Source: Candidatus Brachybacterium merdavium (GTDB lineage Bacteria > Actinomycetota > Actinomycetes > Actinomycetales > Dermabacteraceae). From it: a DNA stretch of 64,000 nt. Below, in pieces: positions 63,320-64,000 of this stretch. The translations under genes were made by a program, and so were the position numbers. Position 1 is the stretch's first letter. Every line of letters begins with the position of its first letter. The notes below the pieces were generated by a model. The model did no database searches. It was not told the origin of the DNA and was given only the letters and a program-made list of their open reading frames with translations. The stretch is taken from the NCBI GenBank assembly GCA_019118275.1, contig DWZH01000008.1:9908-73907 (forward strand), written 5' to 3'.

Positions 63320-64000
63320 ATGCTCACTGCAGAGCTCGATCCGACCCCGGGCCCCGCACGGCATCGACCCGGCGAGCTGGTCCGGCCTGCCGCGACGCCC
63401 GCCACCGTGATGGAGGTGTTCACACGCGCTGCTCGCCAGGTGCGCCGGCTCGTGCACTACGACGCCGGCGCCTGGATGATGGCGGATCCGGTCAGCGGGC
63501 TGCCGGGCGCCCCCAGCCTGCTGGAGAACCTCAGCGCACCGGTGCCCTGCTGCGCCGAGCACTGGCGGGCCGGCTTCGTCGACGCCGACGCGGTGCGCTT
63601 CCCGCCGCTCGCGCGGTCAGCCAGCCCCGCCACCACGCTCCGCGCCTGTACTCGGAGCGGGAATGCGGCCGACCCGCACTGGGGCGCCCGCTTCCGCTGG
63701 TGCGCCCACCCCCTCGGGTTCCTGGACGAGCTGCGGCTGGTGCTGCGAGTGGATACGACTCCGTGGGCGATGCTCACCCTGTGGCGTCACGAGGAGAGCG
63801 ATCCCTTCACCACCGCAGAGACCGAGTTGATGGGCAGCCTCTCCCAGCCACTGGGCGCGTCCGTGCGCCGCGCAGTGCGCGAGAGCCTGGCTGCATCCGT
63901 GGGCGGCGGTGAGCCGCCCGGCGTGCTCACCTTCGACCAGGACGGCTGTCTGCTCTCGCTCAACGCTCACGCCGGCGCGTGGCTCGAACAGCTGCCGCGG
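63320..64000 (+). CDS. probable transcriptional regulator, N-terminal sensor (GAF-like) part; 3' end outside window
   Basis: This frame is open from ATG 63320 to the window end (227 codons, no stop). It is absent from the ORF track, probably because it is unterminated. GC3 is high. The segment LRLVLRVDTTPWAMLTLWRHEESDPFTTAETELMGSL resembles the N-terminal domain of actinobacterial LuxR-type regulators. The C-terminal HTH would lie beyond the window. Confidence 0.4.
   Translation, partial: MLTAELDPTPGPARHRPGELVRPAATPATVMEVFTRAARQVRRLVHYDAGAWMMADPVSGLPGAPSLLENLSAPVPCCAEHWRAGFVDADAVRFPPLARSASPATTLRACTRSGNAADPHWGARFRWCAHPLGFLDELRLVLRVDTTPWAMLTLWRHEESDPFTTAETELMGSLSQPLGASVRRAVRESLAASVGGGEPPGVLTFDQDGCLLSLNAHAGAWLEQLPR

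Overview
This is a 64-kb, very GC-rich, densely coding actinobacterial chromosome segment. Codon usage looks Micrococcales-like, but the genus cannot be fixed without a database search. I support 49 protein-coding genes, two of them cut by the window edges. I found no rRNA, tRNA, CRISPR array, transposase or integrase. Most long ORFs in the six-frame track are antisense shadows of real genes, which is normal at this GC content. Strand and start choices rest on family motifs I can read in the translations, SD-like purine tracts, ATGA/GTGA stop-start overlaps and third-position GC. No searches were run, so every family name is motif recognition by eye.

Content by block:
(1) 1-5.6 kb: a membrane serine hydrolase and a 1320-aa wall-anchored phosphodiester-glycosidase/metallophosphoesterase fusion.
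(2) 5.7-13.9 kb: a gan-like galactan locus (GH53, GH42, sugar ABC importer, LacI regulator).
(3) 13.9-18.7 kb: a NYN-domain protein, an acidic membrane protein, a Gfo/Idh/MocA oxidoreductase, a TIM-barrel isomerase and a ROK regulator.
(4) 18.9-39.9 kb: the most interesting block. It holds prolyl aminopeptidase, Xaa-Pro aminopeptidase, two cytoplasmic GH127 (beta-L-arabinofuranosidase family) enzymes, a peptide-type (family 5 SBP) ABC importer and a complete trans-4-hydroxy-L-proline catabolic set. That set comprises the epimerase, a three-subunit D-Hyp dehydrogenase, a DapA-like deaminase, an aldehyde dehydrogenase and a GntR regulator. I read it as one integrated salvage locus for hydroxyproline-rich glycoproteins or glycopeptides (extensin type). 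As far as I know that combination has not been described as a unit.
(5) 40-49.9 kb: SelO, a TM-helix-repeat membrane protein, DJ-1/PfpI, an acidic protein, and a DUF4091 protein with a second sugar ABC importer.
(6) 50.4-52.6 kb: a two-gene module. Its second protein fuses a WXG100-like N-terminus to a GHSQG lipase/esterase domain, making it a candidate type VII-secreted polymorphic toxin. No secretion core genes lie in the window.
(7) 52.7-64 kb: an esterase, two DUF21-CBS proteins, a methyltransferase, a cupin, an orphan larC, ribokinase, an AAA ATPase-wHTH protein preceded by a 5 x 10-bp GATC repeat, a CPBP protease and a 3'-truncated regulator.
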